Below, in pieces: positions 25,498 through 38,835 of a stretch of DNA of 64,000 nucleotides (positions within the stretch are counted from its first letter, which is position 1; each line of letters begins with the position of its first letter). The stretch is taken from contig OX597831.1 of assembly GCA_951406725.2 (NCBI GenBank), positions 75,020,001 through 75,084,000 of the forward strand, written 5' to 3'. Source of the DNA: Octopus vulgaris (taxonomy: Eukaryota). A program made the translations under genes and the position numbers. The notes beneath the pieces are model-generated. The model did not search any database. It had not been told where the DNA came from and saw only the letters and a program-made list of their open reading frames with translations.

Positions 25498-25669
25498 TTG
25501 TAGATTTTTAAAAAAATCTTTTTTATTATTTTTAAATTGGATAAAAAAAGAAAAAATATATATCTCCATTCAACCAGCTGTGTGTGTGAGTGAATTTTTG
25601 CAATTTACTTTTTATCCTTGCAAAATTCAAGATCACCGCTAATAAAGTGACGAGGCCCTTTTGTTTATT

Positions 25670-25888
25670 CAACCTTTCAGTATTCAGGTTACTCCATCGA
25701 ATGGGATACTTATTTATTCACATTGTTTTGAATTAATCCTGTATTATTTCATAGCTTCAAGATTTCACTGATGTGACAGCTATTTTTAGAATGACGTTGT
25801 CGGGTAGGTGTGAGAGGCCCGATCTGACTGACTTGAACAGGTAGAAAATTTGGGCTGGATATGGTCAGTTTGAATAATAAAAGGTTAA
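25670..25888. mobile_element. Diverged piggyBac-like MITE (family 2)
   Basis: Homologous to 33203-33415; ends aaaggttaa. Confidence 0.6.
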
Positions 25889-26146
25889 GTCTAGACAGCT
25901 CTTGGAGGTTTGTGGTTACCTAAATTGGTGTATATATGCATAAATGTGTGTGCATGTGGATAAAGTTGCACTTTATAGTGCATGTGTGTCACATTAATAC
26001 ACGTTAACTTTGTTACTGTTGGTGTGTGTGTGTGTGTGTGTGTATCTCTGATTGTGTACAAAATGTTAACCTCAAATGAAGAATCCGTGAAGTGTTTGGC
26101 AACTTCTCTTTGTTCCTCTTATCAACTGTATCACAGTTGAACTCGG

Positions 26147-26312
26147 CACATTTTTTTCTCTCTCTATTTTTCCCTTCTTAATCCTTTCTGTTGAAGAGTG
26201 ATGGCTCAAAACGTAAAAGACTCTTCCATTTTTCCAAAGCATTGAACTAATACACCTGCTTGTTGTTCCTACACCTGTCTTCATTTTTTTTTTTTGTTTC
26301 TGTAAATTTGAG
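26147..26312 (+). mobile_element. HHR element family 3, decayed
   Basis: cttt-CTGTTGA-a-gagt(gatg)gctc-AAAACGT-A-aaag at 26184-26219; tail homologous to 60271-60434. Confidence 0.6.
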
Positions 26313-26888
26313 CTATATCTCTTATGATAAAAGGCAGATTTTCTCTGCCTCTCACATAGTTTGTTTTTAATACAATTGTACAATATAGAATTTCTTCAAT
26401 TGGAATTTACCTATGATTTTTCAAAGTAGATTCGATTGTGTCATGGCATATAAAGTTTTTTCAATTTGACCCCCAATTAAGCAAAAATTCGAGAAAACTA
26501 AATATTTTACGATTTGCCTCTCTAATTTCAACTGCTTCACTCCTTCTATTACCACACTTTCTCCTACTTTCTCTTTGCAAGTGTACCTTAAACCACTACT
26601 CAAAAAAATACACAGGAAACAGAAACAAATAAATACATAACGATTTACTCCTCACACAATTTCTTCAATTGGAATTTACCTATGATTTTTCGAAGTACAT
26701 TCCATTTCATATATTTCTTTCAATTTATAAATTTATATTTTACGATTGGTTTTTAATTTACTTTCTGTCGCTAAGTTTTCGTAGTATTAATTTGCGAGCG
26801 TACTTCAGTTGTCAATTGTTGAAAGAAACAAATTGTAAGCTAAGAAGGTGTGTGTGTGTGTGTGTGTAGGTGTGTGTGTGTGTGTCTC

Positions 26889-27268
26889 TCTCTATATATA
26901 TAAAGCTGAAGTTGTCTGTGTGCGCCAGGTTTGGTAACCTTCAACTAACACTATCTCCTCCGAAACCCTGCGGCGCAAGTTGACCAAAATTGAGAGTATG
27001 ATAGAAGAAGGCTTGCTCTTCCTTCCGTAGAAGATAAAATTCAAATTGGACCAAAAATTATTTACATTAAGAAGGTGCTTTTTTCTATGAAAATCCCTAT
27101 TTTTTACGATTTTTTCACTGCTGTGTCGCCACTTTTCGGTGTATTTCAATCAGAAAAATGTTCACTTGAAGAGAATAACAAGCTACATAATGCAAAATTT
27201 TTACTTTTCAAAAATTCCAATTTCAGCGGGTCGAAACAAACCCGAGCAACGCCGGGCGATACTGCTAG
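26889..27268 (+). mobile_element. Non-autonomous Helitron
   Basis: TC start, hairpin cccgagcaacgccggg, CTAG|T end; close homologue of 12355-12740. Confidence 0.85.
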
Positions 27269-27280
27269 TATATATATAAA

Positions 27281-27394
27281 GGGAAAGTTTACAAAAATAA
27301 ACAAAAGACGAAGGCAGGTGGAGTACAAACAAACAAATGTATTAGTATAGTGCTCAGGAATAGAAAAAGTCTTTTACGTTTCAAGCCTATGCTC
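27281..27394 (-). mobile_element. HHR element family 3, 5'-truncated
   Basis: Reverse complement gagcataggcttGAAACGTAaaagac plus the same tail as 60321-60434. Confidence 0.7.
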
Positions 27395-27449
27395 ATATAT
27401 ATATTTATAGAATATTTATATATAAATATTCTATAATTATAAACATAGT

Positions 27450-27797
27450 GGCCGATGCCAGTGCCGCCTCGACTGGCTTCCGTGCCGGTGGCACGTAAAA
27501 AGCACCATCCGAATCGTGGCCGATGCCAGTGCCACCTCAACTGGCTTCTGTGCCAGTGGCACGTAAAATGTACCAATCTGACCGTGGCCGTTGCCAGCCT
27601 CACCTGGCACCTGTGCAGGTGGCACGTAAAAAGCACCCACTACACTCATGGAGTGGTTGGCATTAGGAAGGGCATCCAGCCATAGAAACACTGCCAGATC
27701 AGACTGGAGCCTGGTGCAGCTTTCTGGCTTCCCAGATCCCCGGTCGAACCGTCCAACCCATGCTAGCATGGAGAACGGACGTTAAACGATGATGATG
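27450..27797 (+). mobile_element. Family E non-autonomous retroelement with RTE-like (GAT)n tail and internal ~62-bp repeats
   Basis: Repeated gtgccggtggcacgtaaaaagcacc; ggttggcattaggaagggcatccagc; tail ggacgttaaacgatgatga. Confidence 0.8.
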
Positions 27798-28079
27798 AAT
27801 TATATAATCAGGGATCAGATAATTGCTTCACCATGTACCGAATTTAGGAATAGGAGTTAAAATACCTTTTCTACCACCATAAAGATCTCCCAGACAGTAA
27901 CACACTTTTTTACGTGGGCAAAAAGAAAAAATATCGAATTTTACCCTTTTATTATTATTGAAATTATATATACATACACACGCATGTATGTATGTTTTAA
28001 TTGGGTAGAAAAGTCACCAAAATGATTCAGGGACCAAAATTTTGTATTTGGCCTTCACCAAACTTCACCAAATACACAT

Positions 28080-28123
<44 letters not shown>

Positions 28124-29422
28124 GATATATTGGATTTTTGGAAATTTTCTGTACCTATCATTAGTTTTAATTTTAAATGAAAACTGATTTAAAATAAGAA
28201 TACCAAAATGGTATGTCTTGAGAGATTTCGACTTAAAAGTATTATTTCATCTTAAGGGATGGTTTAAATAGACTTTTTTTTTTGTTTTCGAAAACAAAAT
28301 TTAATGATAATAATACTACTACAACTAATAATAATAATAATAATAATAATAAACTACATAAAAAATTTTAAGAACAAGTTTGTATCTTTTCAAAAAAAAA
28401 AAAAAATGTGTACAAATAATACATGTTTAGAACTATATTTGTGTAAGTTGGTTTCGAGGCATTTGCAGAATGGAAGAGAAAGAATTTTAACTAAAAATAG
28501 TCTAGTTTTGAATTTCTTTAAAAGCAGTTTTAAACAGAATAAATTAAATAATTTTTCTTTTGCTTTCTTTTTTTTTTTTTTTTTTTTCTGTATCTGTTAG
28601 CAAAGTTAACTAGATGATGATTTGACAAGAATCGATCTATTTTGGGCCGGCATGAGAGTTTAGGTACGCATACATCTATAGATATATGACCCTGGAGCAT
28701 TTGTAGGTGTAAAAAGTTTGTGTATGAAGTTATATGAGTACATGTGTGTGTGTGTATAAATAGATTATCAATAAGTGATCAAATAAACAATGCAAACTTG
28801 CTGTACACTTTAAAATGCTAACAAAGCAGAAAACTTGGTGCAAAATTGTTGTTTGACATGACTGTTTATTAATATGAATTCAAGGCAAAATGTCACTTTT
28901 ATCCTACATTCTCCGGATTTTACTAGAAATTTTTGTTTGCAAAAAGGACATGGAGTGGGGTGGATATACATTGTTTCTATTATTTGGGCTACGGCCATGC
29001 TGGGGCACTGCTTTGAAAGGTTCAGTCAAGCAACTTGACTCCGGTGCTTAAGTTTATTTTTAAGATTGGTAACTTATTCTATCATTCTCTTCTGCTGGAC
29101 TGTTAAGTTGGGAGGGACATAAACAAACCGACACCAGTTGTCAATTGGTGGGGAGGGGTGAGAGACAAGCATACACATCTGTGTACACACACACACACTC
29201 AATAGGCTGCCACACAGTTTCTGTCTTTCAAATTCACTCACGTCGCATTAGTGGCCTGGGGCTACAAAGGAAGCAGATACTTGCCCAAGGAGCCAAGCAG
29301 TGCGACAAAATCCCCAAACCACACAATTGCACAATGACCTTAACCTCAAAGCCATGCTTGCTAATGGAAGATTTTAGTGGAAATGAAGGCAGATAGTGAG
29401 GAATTATTTTAAAGTACACATG

Positions 29423-29994
29423 GGCGCAGGAGTGGCTGTGTGGTAAGTAGCTTGCTTACCAACAACATGGTTCCGGGTTCAGTCCCACTGCGTGGCATCT
29501 TGGGCAAGTGTCTTCTGCTATAGCCTCGGGCCGACCAATGCCTTGTGAGTGGATTTGGTAGACGGAAACTGAAAGAAGCCTGTCGTATATATTTATATAT
29601 ATATATCAGGAGTGGCTGTGTGGTAAGTAGATTGTTTACCAACCACATGGTTCCGGGTTCAGTCTCACTGCGTGGCATCTTGGGCAAGTGTCTCCTACTA
29701 TAGCCTCGGGCCGACCAAAGCCTTGTGAGTGGATTTGGTAGACGGAAACTGAAAGAAGCCCGTCGTATATATGTATATATATGCGTGTTTGTGTTTGTGT
29801 GTCTGTGTTTGTCCCCCTAGCATTGCTTGACAATCGATGCTGGTGTGTTTATGTTCCCGTTACTTTGCGGTTCGGCAAAAGAGACCGATAGAATAAGTAC
29901 TGGGCTTACAAAAGAATAAGTCCCGGGTCGAGTTGCTTGATTTAAGGCGGTGCTCCAGCATGGCCGCAGTCAAATGACTGAAACAAGTAAAAGA
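29423..29994 (+). mobile_element. SINE family A with duplicated 5' half
   Basis: Head 29423-29585, (TA)n, then a near-full copy from 29607. Confidence 0.9.
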
Positions 29995-30790
29995 AAGAAA
30001 AGAGAGATAGGTGCAGGCATAGCTGTGTGGTAGGAAGTTTGCTTCCCAACTACATGGTTCTAGGTTCAGTCCCACTGCATGGCACCTTAGGCAAGTGTCT
30101 TCTACAATAGCTGTGGGCTGACCAAGTCATGTGATGGATTTGGTAGATGGAAACTAAAAGAAGCCCATTGTGTGTGTATATCATCATCTTCATCATTTAA
30201 CGTCCACTTTCCATGCTGGCATGGGTTGGATGGTTTGATTGAAAACTGGTAAACCAGGGAGCTGCACTGGGTCCCAATCTGATTTGGCAAGGTTTCAACG
30301 GCTGGGATGCCCTTCCTAATACTGACGACTCCAAGAGTGTAGTGGGTGCTTGTGTGTGTATGTATGCCTTTGTGTCTGTGTTTGTGCCCAACACTACCCT
30401 ACACACATGCGCACACTGCTTGAAAACCAGTGTTGGTGTGTTTATATCCCCATAATTTAGCAGTGTTCAGCAAAAGGAACTGATAATATAAGTATCAGGC
30501 TTTAAAAAAGCAAAAAGTACTTGCGTTGATTCATTTAGCTAAAAAAAATTTTCAAGGCAGTGCCCCAGCTTTGTTGCTGTCGTCTAATGGCTGAAAAAAA
30601 GTAAAAGGTAAATGGTTAAAAGGGTACCTTGACAAACCTGTAGGTACAGCCATGAGGTTTTGTGCATCTCTTTGATTTGCTTTTCATGAATGCAGGTACA
30701 TTTCTTGTGGAGAACAGAAATGGTAGGGTGACAGGGTCATTATTAATGGTAGCAGGCAGAATTGTTAATGCTGGGAAGGGGGAAGTACCT

Positions 30791-31018
30791 GTTTCTTTAC
30801 TACCCACAAGGGGCTAAACATAGAGGGGACAAACAAGTACAGACAAAGGGATTAAGTCGATTACATTGACCCCAGGCCGTAACTGGTACTTAATTTATCG
30901 ATCCTGAAAGGATGAAAGGCAAAGTCGACCTCGGCGGAATTTGAACTCAGAACATAGCGGCAGATGAAATACAGCTGAGCATTTCGCCCGGCGTGCTAAC
31001 GTTTCTGCCAGCTCACCG
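30791..31018 (-). mobile_element. SINE family B, full length, 14-bp TSD
   Basis: agggggaagtacct at 30777-30790 and 31019-31032. Confidence 0.92.
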
Positions 31019-31921
31019 AGGGGGAAGTACCTCGTGACATTGGCTTCAATTGTTTAGGTTCTGTGTGCAAATTCTGCTAGAATCAGCTTTGCCTTTATCA
31101 TTCTTTTGGGGTTGATAAAGATAAAGTATTATTCAAGTTCTAAGAGTTGGTGGTATTGACTGCTCCCCCCCCTCTCAAAATTGCTGGCCTTGTACTTAAA
31201 TCAAGAACCATTATTTATTATTGTTGTTGTTGTTATTAAGGCAGCAAGCTGGCAGAATTGTTAGCATGCTAGGCAAAATGCTTAGCGACATTTTGTCCAT
31301 CTTTACATTCTGAGTTCAAATTCTGCTGAGGTCAAATTTGCCTTTCATTCTTTTGGGGGGAGGGTCGATGAAATAAGTACCAGTTACGCACTGGGGTTGA
31401 TGTAATCAACTAGCCCCCTTCTCAAATTTCGAACCTTGTGCCTATAGTAGAGACAGTTATCATTTAGATGGCAAGCTGACAGAGTAAAAATGCTCTGCCG
31501 TATTTCTGCTAGCTCTTTATATTCTGAGTCATCTAAACCCTTCTGCCTAAATTTGGTGGCCGTGTGCCAGAATGTTAGACTCTTATTATTAATGTTGGCT
31601 CCTTGAACAAAATGCTAAGTAGCACCTCCTTACAGCTCTTTACATTCTGAGTTCAGACTCCACCTAGGTTGACTTTACCTTTCATCCTTTCAGGGTTGAT
31701 AAAATAATGTACCAGTTGGGATCTGGGGGTTGATGCAATCGATTTAGCCCCCACCCCACCACCCCTCAAAAAAATTGCTGGCCTTGTACCAAAATTTAAA
31801 AGTATTATAATTATTATTATTATTACTATGAAGGTAGCAAACTGGCAGAATCATGGAATGCTTTGTGGTATTTCTTCCCTGTCTTTACATTCCGAGTCAA
31901 TGGTATCAACTTATCCCCCAC

Positions 31922-32136
31922 AGGCAGCGAGCTGGTAGAAACGTTAGCATGCCAGGCGAAATGCTTAGCGGTATTGCATCTGCGTTACGTTATGAGTTCA
32001 AATCCTGCCAAGGTCGACTTTGCCTTTCATCCTTTCGGGGTCGATTAAATAAGTACAGTTACGCACTGGGGTCGATGTAATTGACTTAATACCTATGTCT
32101 GTCCTTGTTTAGCCCCTTGTGGGTAATAAAGAAATA
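31922..32136 (+). mobile_element. SINE family B, nested in an older SINE B
   Basis: Flanking duplication ggtatcaacttatcccccac at 31902-31921 and 32137-32156. Confidence 0.9.
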
Positions 32137-32900
32137 GGTATCAACTTATCCCCCACCTCCTAAATTTGCTGACCTTGTGCCAAAATCTGAAGCCATTATT
32201 AGAATTGATAGAAGAAAAGATGGAATTGCTTACTTCTCAAACTTCTTCAATTGATTTTATAAGAATATTGGCTGTGAACATTTTCGCATCTTCACTCAAT
32301 AGTTTAATGGGTGACTACAGTTTTCTTGTGGATCCAAATATTCCTTATTACATCACTAGAAGAAAAATTGGAAGAATTTTCATACTAGCTAACCAAAATT
32401 TATGGATATTGATTCTCCTAGTAAATGATGGTTATAAAAAAAAATTAAAGTTTTATTATAAAGTAATTAAACCAATTAGTGGAGTAAATTAATCTGCTGA
32501 TTGAAATGTTTTGGATAATTAACAGCTTTTTAATAATAAAATATCTCTTGTTGCTGATATACGGATAATGATGTAATTTAGATTTTGCTGTCGGCTTTTA
32601 AATTCGGCCTCGTGTGAGGTACATCAGACATGCTCTTATCTTTTATCTTTGACTCATTTCAGTTATTAGACTAGAGCCATGCTGGGGCACCGCCTTGAGT
32701 GTACATTAACAATTCTTAAGGGAACAAATCACTGCTTGGCTCCCGTGTATGAAAAGTGGTTGAGGTTTAGAGCCATCCAATTCATAACAATCATTCGGGA
32801 AATGTTCTGTGCTTTGTCTGTCTAATAAATTGAGGCAGGACAGGGATTGGAACCCTAAGATTATTGGTGCAAACTATTTTAAGTAATACCCTTCACACGT

Positions 32901-32932
<32 letters not shown>

Positions 32933-33202
32933 CACACACCTCAAAGTTTCATCAATCATCATTCTTGTCAGTTTAGTGATACAAATGACTGATGCAACCT
33001 TGAAGCCTCTGACAAATTTTTATTTTATTGGAAATCAATTGATCTTCTTAAGTGTATTGAGTGAGCCTTCAAATAAAGTTTGTTTGAATAGCTATACATA
33101 AAAGCAAGCATTGATATATGTTCTATGGCCGTTCCCTTTCTGTCACCAATCTTTCCATTTCGAAGTAACTTAATATTTTCCGATTTCATTTTTGTTTTTG
33201 GT

Positions 33203-33615
33203 TTAACCCCTTAGCATTCAGATTACTCTGTCAAATGTAAAGCCTGTTTAATTACATTGTTTTAAACTAATTGTACAGCATCTTGTAACTCTGAGATTTT
33301 GATGATGTCCCTGTTTATTTTTAGAATGACTTTGTAGGGTAGGTGTGAGAGGTCAGAGCTGACTGGTTTGAGCATATAACAGGAAGACAATTTTGGCCTG
33401 GTATGGCCGGTTTAACCCTTTAGCATTTAAACTGGCCATATTCGGCCAAAAGTATTCTGCCTGTTTTATATTCAAACTAGCCAGATCTGGTCTCTCACAC
33501 CAATCCTACAATATCATCAAAATCTCAAAGCTACAAGATAATGCCTGATTAGTTCTAGGCAATATGGATGAAAAAGCATTAATTTTGGTAGGATAATGCG
33601 AACACTAAAGGGTAA
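33203..33615. mobile_element. Two oppositely oriented piggyBac-like MITEs
   Basis: ttaaccccttagcattc start; second copy starts ttaaccctttagcattt at about 33412 and ends ctaaagggt. Confidence 0.7.
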
Positions 33616-34811
33616 AAAGATTGTTGATGTGAATCTGTGTGTTGAAACAAAAAGCAGATCTTTCAAAGGAGTTGCTGAAAAGATCCTGAACAGTGACTAA
33701 AGAACTTTGACCAACAAACAAACAAACAACTGTTTTTTTGGTTAACGAACACATTAAACAATTGATTTGTTTGTTAGTTAGATATTCAACCAATTCATCG
33801 TCGTCATCGTTTAACATCCACTTTCCATGCTGGCATGAGTTGGATGGCTTGACTGAGGACTGGCAAGCTAGTAGGCTGCACTAGGCTCCAATCTGATCTG
33901 ATAAGCTTTCTACAGCTGGATGCCCTTCCTAATGCCAACCACTCCAAGAGTGTAGTGGGTGCTTTTTTTATGTGCCACCGGCACGAGTGCCAGTCAGGTG
34001 GTATTGACATCGACCATGCTCGAATGGTGCTCTTTACATGCTGCCGGCATGCAAGTTGGTCAGGCAGCACTGGCTGACTAACAATAAAGAAGTGGAATTG
34101 AAACTATGCCTGTATTATTGGCACAATGACTCTCCCAAGAGTAAAATTAGTATTTTCCTTTGGCCAGACATGTTTTCATGGAAGATTGAAAATGAAGGGC
34201 ATTACTGGTATGATAGTGAACTTGTTTAACAACTCTCTCGCAAAGTCCAGACAAGGAGACAGTAACACACACACACACACGCATTCTTTTTCAGTCTCTT
34301 TCTCCTTCAAATCTCCAAAGTTTTCTTTTTTTCCTGCAGATAACTTTTGTGCTTTATGATAAAATTTACTTGTATGAACTTGATTAAGGGTGGAATAAGG
34401 GTGTGAGATTTACTCAAGAGAATATAAGGTGGTAACAGGAATGATTTTGCGTCAGCTGGTTTATTTTGTCAGGTGGATACGGTTGGCCTGGTATGTGGCA
34501 GCGACCGGTTGAGTTGACGAATGAAAATGCTTCATGGGCTGCTGCATGTACAAGTAACTGACCAACACCTGTGAATATTTAATACAAGATTTTATTATCA
34601 CATAATAAAGGCAAACTGTGTTGGCCTTTTACAAATAGCAACAGCAATCATTTCATCCTGGGAAACAGATGCTTCTTGGAGTTCACAGCAGGTTATTGAT
34701 ACAGCAACATGTGGCAGGCTGAATATAACTGGAAACAACTGTACTATATTCGTTGTGACGAAGGTTCCTGTCACATATCGGTGCCATCTCTCTTAGCTGC
34801 CTTCCTGGGTT

Positions 34812-35330
34812 ATCATCATCATCATCGTTTAACGTCCATTTTCCGTGCTAGCACAGGTTGGACGGTTCAACTGGGGTCTGGGAAGCCAGGAGGCTGCACC
34901 AGGCTCCAGTCTGATCTGGCAGTGTTTCTACAGCTGGATGCCCTTCCTAACGCCAACCACTCCGTGAGTGTAGTGGGTGCTTTTTACATGCCACCGGCAC
35001 AGAAGCCAGTCAAGGCGGCGCTGGCATCGGCAACATTTGGATGGTGCTTTTTACGTGCCACCGGCACAGGTATCACTAATTTTCATTTGATATTTATTTT
35101 GATGTTGATGTACTTTACTCAATATGTCTCCTCAAGCACAGCAGGTCACGTGCCACTGGCGCAGAAGCCAGTGAAGGCGACGCTGGCATCGGCCACGTTC
35201 GGATGGTGCTTTTTACGTGCCACCGACACAGGTATCACAACTGCAATTTCCATTTGATACTTATTTTGATGTTGATGTATTTGACTCAATAGGTCTCCTC
35301 AAGCTCAGCAGGTCACCCTACGATCCAAGG
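34812..35330 (-). mobile_element. Family E element with internal duplication
   Basis: (CAT)n-gtttaacgtcc start; block 34990-35146 repeated at 35150-35315. Confidence 0.8.
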
Positions 35331-35937
35331 AGGTTGTTCTGCAATCTGGCTGATAAAGATGCATGCTGAATGCTTCTTATAGGGGACCGAAAGGTAAATT
35401 CTAGAAAGTTCAAGAAAATCTGTCCATACCATTGCTTTATGCTGATTGGTTGGTTAATAGACCAATCACCTGAAACTGGTGGTTTGCTCTTGATGTCTGA
35501 CCATGTATCCAGGGATTCAGTTTTGAATCACTGCTATTAGTTGTTTTTTTTTGTTGTTTTTTTTGATAGAATTTAATTTTTCACTCTTAGTATCATATAA
35601 ATTAGCTTAGTGACATGTCCCATACTTTCACTAATTGTTGTAGGTGCTTGTGTAGTCACAAACTGATACAGACACCTCAGTCTTCCGACCTTTGACCCAG
35701 TGGAAGATTGAGATGAGACTGGAAGACAGGGCTGCTCCAGCTAGTGCTCATTTTCAGCTTTGTAAGCTGGAGCAATGTGAAATAAAGTGACTTGCTCAAG
35801 GACACAATGCATTGCCTGAGCCAGGAACTGAACTTTCAAACTTATGATCATGAACCCAACACTCTAACCACCAGGTCACATGTCAAGGCCTCTCTGAAAC
35901 TGGAAATAATAAATTTGATAATAATTAGAGCAGGAAA

Positions 35938-36158
35938 ATTTCTTTACTACCCACAAGGAGCTACACACAGAGGGGACAGACAAACGGATTATGTCGATTA
36001 TATCGACCCCAGTGTGTAACTGGTTCTTATTTAATCGACCCCGAAAGGATGAAAGGCAAAGTCGACCTCGGCAGAATTTGAGCTTACAGCATAATGGCAG
36101 ACGAAATACCGCTAAGCATTTTGCCCGGCGTGCTAACGTTTCTGCCAGCTCGCCACCT
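35938..36158 (-). mobile_element. SINE family B
   Basis: Reverse complement of 1271-1500. Confidence 0.88.
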
Positions 36159-38635
36159 TAAACTATTTTCTATGCTGACATGTCTTAGGTAGTTTGACTA
36201 GAGCTGGTAAGCCAGAGAGCTGCTCCTGACTCCAGCCATCTGTTTTGCAGGATTTCTATGGCTTGATGCCATTCTTAATGCCAACCACTTTACAGAGTGT
36301 ACTGGCTGCATTTTACGTGTCACCTGCACAAGTGCCTTTTCTGTGTCACCAGCAAGGGTGCTTCTAACCAGGAGACAGATTTGCTGTTTTATTTTATTAT
36401 TTTTAAGAAGAGAAATGTTTTATTGACAACATTTTTACAGGAAGAAAAGAAAGAAAAAAATACATTAAAAAGTATAAAGGATCAAGTTAAGAAACAAAAA
36501 CCCTTAACTACCTCACCAAGGGAGCAGGAAAAAGAAAACAGGGTGCAGAATTAAGAAGCAGAAGATGGATGGGGGTGAGAGTAACAAGTTGTACACCCCA
36601 GACCAAACTGTGTGTTTAGCTGTGCTTTGTGGACATGATTGTAAAGGAGCTTCTATGGTGAAGGGCCAGCAACACTCAATAGATACAAATTTTCAGTGGT
36701 GGTCAAGCAATTAAGGATGGAATGTTTCAGACCAAAGAAAAACAAAGGGTGCTACTTTGACGTGTTATCTATAAGAGAGATTGCTTTGGGTTACTTTTTA
36801 AATTATTTTGTACATACTTAGCATTGTAAATGTATTTTTTCAAAGGTTTCACTATACTATTTTAATAATGAGAAAATCATGTAATAATTAAAATAAGCAT
36901 ATAGATCACCCACCCAAGTAAACTAAAGTAATCTCCCTTTAAATTGTAGATCACACGGTGAAGTAGCATCTTTCTTTTTCTTAAGAAACGATGTGAATTT
37001 AGTGCTGGTTTCTTGTAAAAATGCAACTGCCTTCGTCTCGTCACTGATCACCTTGTAAAAATCTTTAGCCAACACCTTACAAGTTTTTAGAAATTGAAAA
37101 GTAAACTAAAAAGTAATCTCCCTTTGAGATCCCACACCAAAGTAGCACTGAAAAAAAAAGTATCTTGACTGCAGGAAAAAAGTATGGTGAGTGTAAGAGT
37201 ATGATGTTTTTAAGTGGGTTTTGTGCATGTCTGGTGAAGATGCTTGCACCATGCAGCTGTTGAGGCACAACTGCAGTGTTTGTTTGTGAGATGCATTTAA
37301 GAGGAGAGTGACAGAATTTGCATATAGATTGACTTGTGTGACAGACAAGTACAGGATGACATGTTGTGTGTTTGTGATTTGCAGCCAATTAAGGTATACA
37401 GTCATTCAAGTTCATTATGGGAAATAAATAGCTTATCTGTTTCTTTAAATTGGGGAGAAGATAATCGAGAAATAAAAGTTATTCAACAGAGACACTCAGG
37501 GTTGGGGGGACAAAATGGAAATATGGGGCCAGTTGACATGTAAAATCTTGAAGCTATTTTGCATTATTTATTTTATTTGTTGTTGTTAGAGCAGTGAATT
37601 GGTAAAATCATTGGTGCCACATAAAGAGCCTTGTTATTTTATTCTGATGATGCATTTTAAGTTCTAATCCTGCCATGGTCAACTTAGTTTTTATCTTTCC
37701 AAGGTCAATAAAGTAATTTACCTGTCAAGTTCTGGGTAGATGATAACATTGACTTATTCTCTCCCCTCAAGACTGCCCCTTTTGTACCGAAATCAGAAAA
37801 AATGCCTTGTGGTATTGTTGTTGTCATTACTCCTGTCAACAAGTATGGTTGTGTGGTAAGAAGTTTGTTTCCCATCCATATGGTTTCAGGTTCAATTCTA
37901 CTGCATGGCACCTAAAGCAAGTGTTTCCTATAGCCTCAGCTCAACTAAAGCCTTGTGATTGGACTGAAACTGGAAAACCCTATCATATATATATATCTGA
38001 CTGGCCCTCATGCCGGGGATACGTAAAAGCACTCACTAAACTCTCGGCTTGGTTGGCATTAGGAAGGGCATCCAGCTGTAGAAACTCTGCCAGATCAAGA
38101 CTGGAGCCTGGTACAGCCGTCTGGTTCGCCAGATCCCAGTCAAATTGTCCAACCCATGCTAGCATGGAAAGCAGACATTAAACGATGATGATGATATATA
38201 TATATATATATATGCACACATATATATACACACACATATACACACAATACACATATATATATATATGTACTGGGATTGATTCGTTCCACTAAAATTCTTC
38301 AAGACATTGGTGTCCCAGCTTGGCCACAGTCTATTGACTGAAACAAGTAAAAAGGTAAAAGATAAATGATCCACTCACTTCATATACCTTCTTTGAAGAC
38401 CTGCAAATAAAGAGATCTCTTTAAAAACAAATTGATGAGGGTTAGTGACAGGAAAGGCATCTGGCTGCAAAATACTGCCTTAGTATTGTGTGTTTGATCC
38501 ACGTTAGCATGAACAAAAGCAGAAACATGTAAAAACAAGCATCTAATATATTTATAAGTAACATTTTAGCAAATAGTGTTCCTATCCTTGAAATGTCTAT
38601 TCCTCCTCCCCTCTCTCTCTCTTTTATGTTTAGAG

Positions 38636-38835
38636 CAGTGGTTTTCAACCAGGGTTCCGCCAGTACAGTCCAGGGTTTCCGCAAGGAGTTACAAAACTGC
38701 TAAAATCGGCAGTAATTTTTAATTCTCCTGTGCAGATATGTGTGCATAGACTATTAAATTATTGCACAGGGGTTCCTCGAGCCAGTGGAATGTTTCCTTG
38801 GGGTTCCACTCCAGCAAAAAGTTTGTAAAGCACTG
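38636..38835. mobile_element. hAT-type MITE
   Basis: CAGTG...CACTG termini with perfect 8-bp TSD GTTTAGAG (38628-38635, 38836-38843). Confidence 0.88.

Noticed and set aside
28601-28700. Exon or C/D snoRNA candidate after a poly-T tract
   Set aside because: All three frames closed; C-box-like ATGATGA lacks a matching terminal CTGA and stem
32166-32492. 108-aa ORF
   Set aside because: Starts in a SINE tail; the opposite strand shows only faint RT-like remnants (PIKLLS), too weak to annotate
34709-35257. 182-aa ORF
   Set aside because: Mostly read-through of a family E repeat; the same peptide recurs at other copies
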